A stretch of DNA of 64,000 nucleotides, taken from an uncultured Bacteroidales bacterium (GTDB lineage Bacteria; Bacteroidota; Bacteroidia; Bacteroidales; WCHB1-69). The notes beneath the pieces were generated by a model, which had not been told where the DNA came from, ran no database searches, and saw only the letters and a program-made list of their open reading frames with translations. Positions 63,748-64,000 of this stretch are shown in pieces. The first letter of the stretch is position 1. Each line of letters begins with the position of its first letter. The translations under genes were made by a program, and so were the position numbers. The stretch lies in NCBI GenBank assembly GCA_946186495.1, contig CAMHNQ010000008.1, positions 17,959 to 81,958 on the forward strand, read 5' to 3'.

Positions 63748-64000
63748 TCAAGCGCGGAGTTCGTCAAGGGCATGGAGGGCGAAGCAGTAGGCCCCGATGG
63801 CGGTTGCGCGGCTGGTGCCCAGTTGGGAGAGGGTGATGCCGAGGCGGCGCTGGGTGTCGATGCGTACCCGCTTCCCGGTGCCGAAGACCTCGATTTCCTT
63901 GGTCTGTCCGTTGACGAACTGCCCGAATTCCTCAGGATTCCCCAAGTCGTAGATGTAGGAGGGTACGCGCGGGAGGGCGGAGCCGCCGAGCGTGTGCATT
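63748..64000 (-). CDS. Hypothetical protein, probably 3' part of a gene whose start lies at or beyond the window edge
   Basis: The open frame runs to the window end and the last 83 codons are readable (…GITLSQLGTSRATAIGAYCFALHALDELRA*). An ATG sits at 63999, so a complete 83-aa ORF cannot be excluded. No family was recognised. Confidence 0.4.
   Translation of the reverse strand, partial: MHTLGGSALPRVPSYIYDLGNPEEFGQFVNGQTKEIEVFGTGKRVRIDTQRRLGITLSQLGTSRATAIGAYCFALHALDELRA

Noticed and set aside
1-64000. I scanned for mobile elements, prophage, integrases, transposases, toxin-antitoxin pairs and known defence-system hallmarks.
   Set aside because: No integrase, transposase or recombinase-like ORF was seen, and no tRNA-flanking direct repeats or abrupt compositional island. 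tRNA-Pro has no duplicated 3' end nearby. The window looks like core chromosome with surface-protein genes.

Overview
The window reads as a chromosomal segment of a Bacteroidota genome, probably Bacteroidales and Prevotella-like. Three things support this: TAnnTTTG -7 promoter boxes precede most transcription units, three large genes end in T9SS C-terminal sorting domains, and a FISUMP protein is present. I could not run any searches, so every call comes from reading the translations and the DNA. About 37 protein genes and one tRNA-Pro(GGG) are supported, and coding density is high. Gene order is as follows. The spc ribosomal operon ends with rplF', rplR and rpsE. Next come purH, ung, an AddB-like PD-(D/E)XK nuclease, folD, a secreted coiled-coil protein and dusB. 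A 3,316-aa T9SS surface protein follows, then a DUF1343/NamZ-like lipoprotein. A small secreted protein is paired with a 956-aa CUB-like/P-domain/PKD protein carrying a type B T9SS tail. A TetR regulator sits upstream of a 1,410-aa double activase/dehydratase-like fusion. After that come a lamin-tail-domain T9SS type B protein, a TM protein with reiterated (D/N)ERFxKM(E/D)-type units, and feoAB. A four-gene 2-oxoacid:ferredoxin oxidoreductase operon precedes tRNA-Pro and tdh. The xylB-xylA-xylE cluster has a nearby NrtR-type Nudix regulator. A TolC-MFP-RND efflux operon is followed by a small P-II-like accessory gene and a FISUMP protein. nrdDG sits behind a clear cobalamin riboswitch. The window closes with a cytidylate-kinase-like gene, gcvT, an ADP-forming acetyl-CoA synthetase, a phosphohexomutase and a partial ORF. 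I saw no CRISPR array, rRNA, integrase or transposase. Items worth a second look: a ParB/Srx-like module inserted in the acetyl-CoA synthetase, the giant T9SS cargo genes, the TetR-activase unit, a two-helix insertion in XylE, and several families of short intergenic repeats or hairpins. The repeats include GTGATTR heptamer arrays over stop codons, conserved-loop GC-clamp hairpins and GGACGCGAT palindromes. None of these is shown to be a new system from sequence alone.
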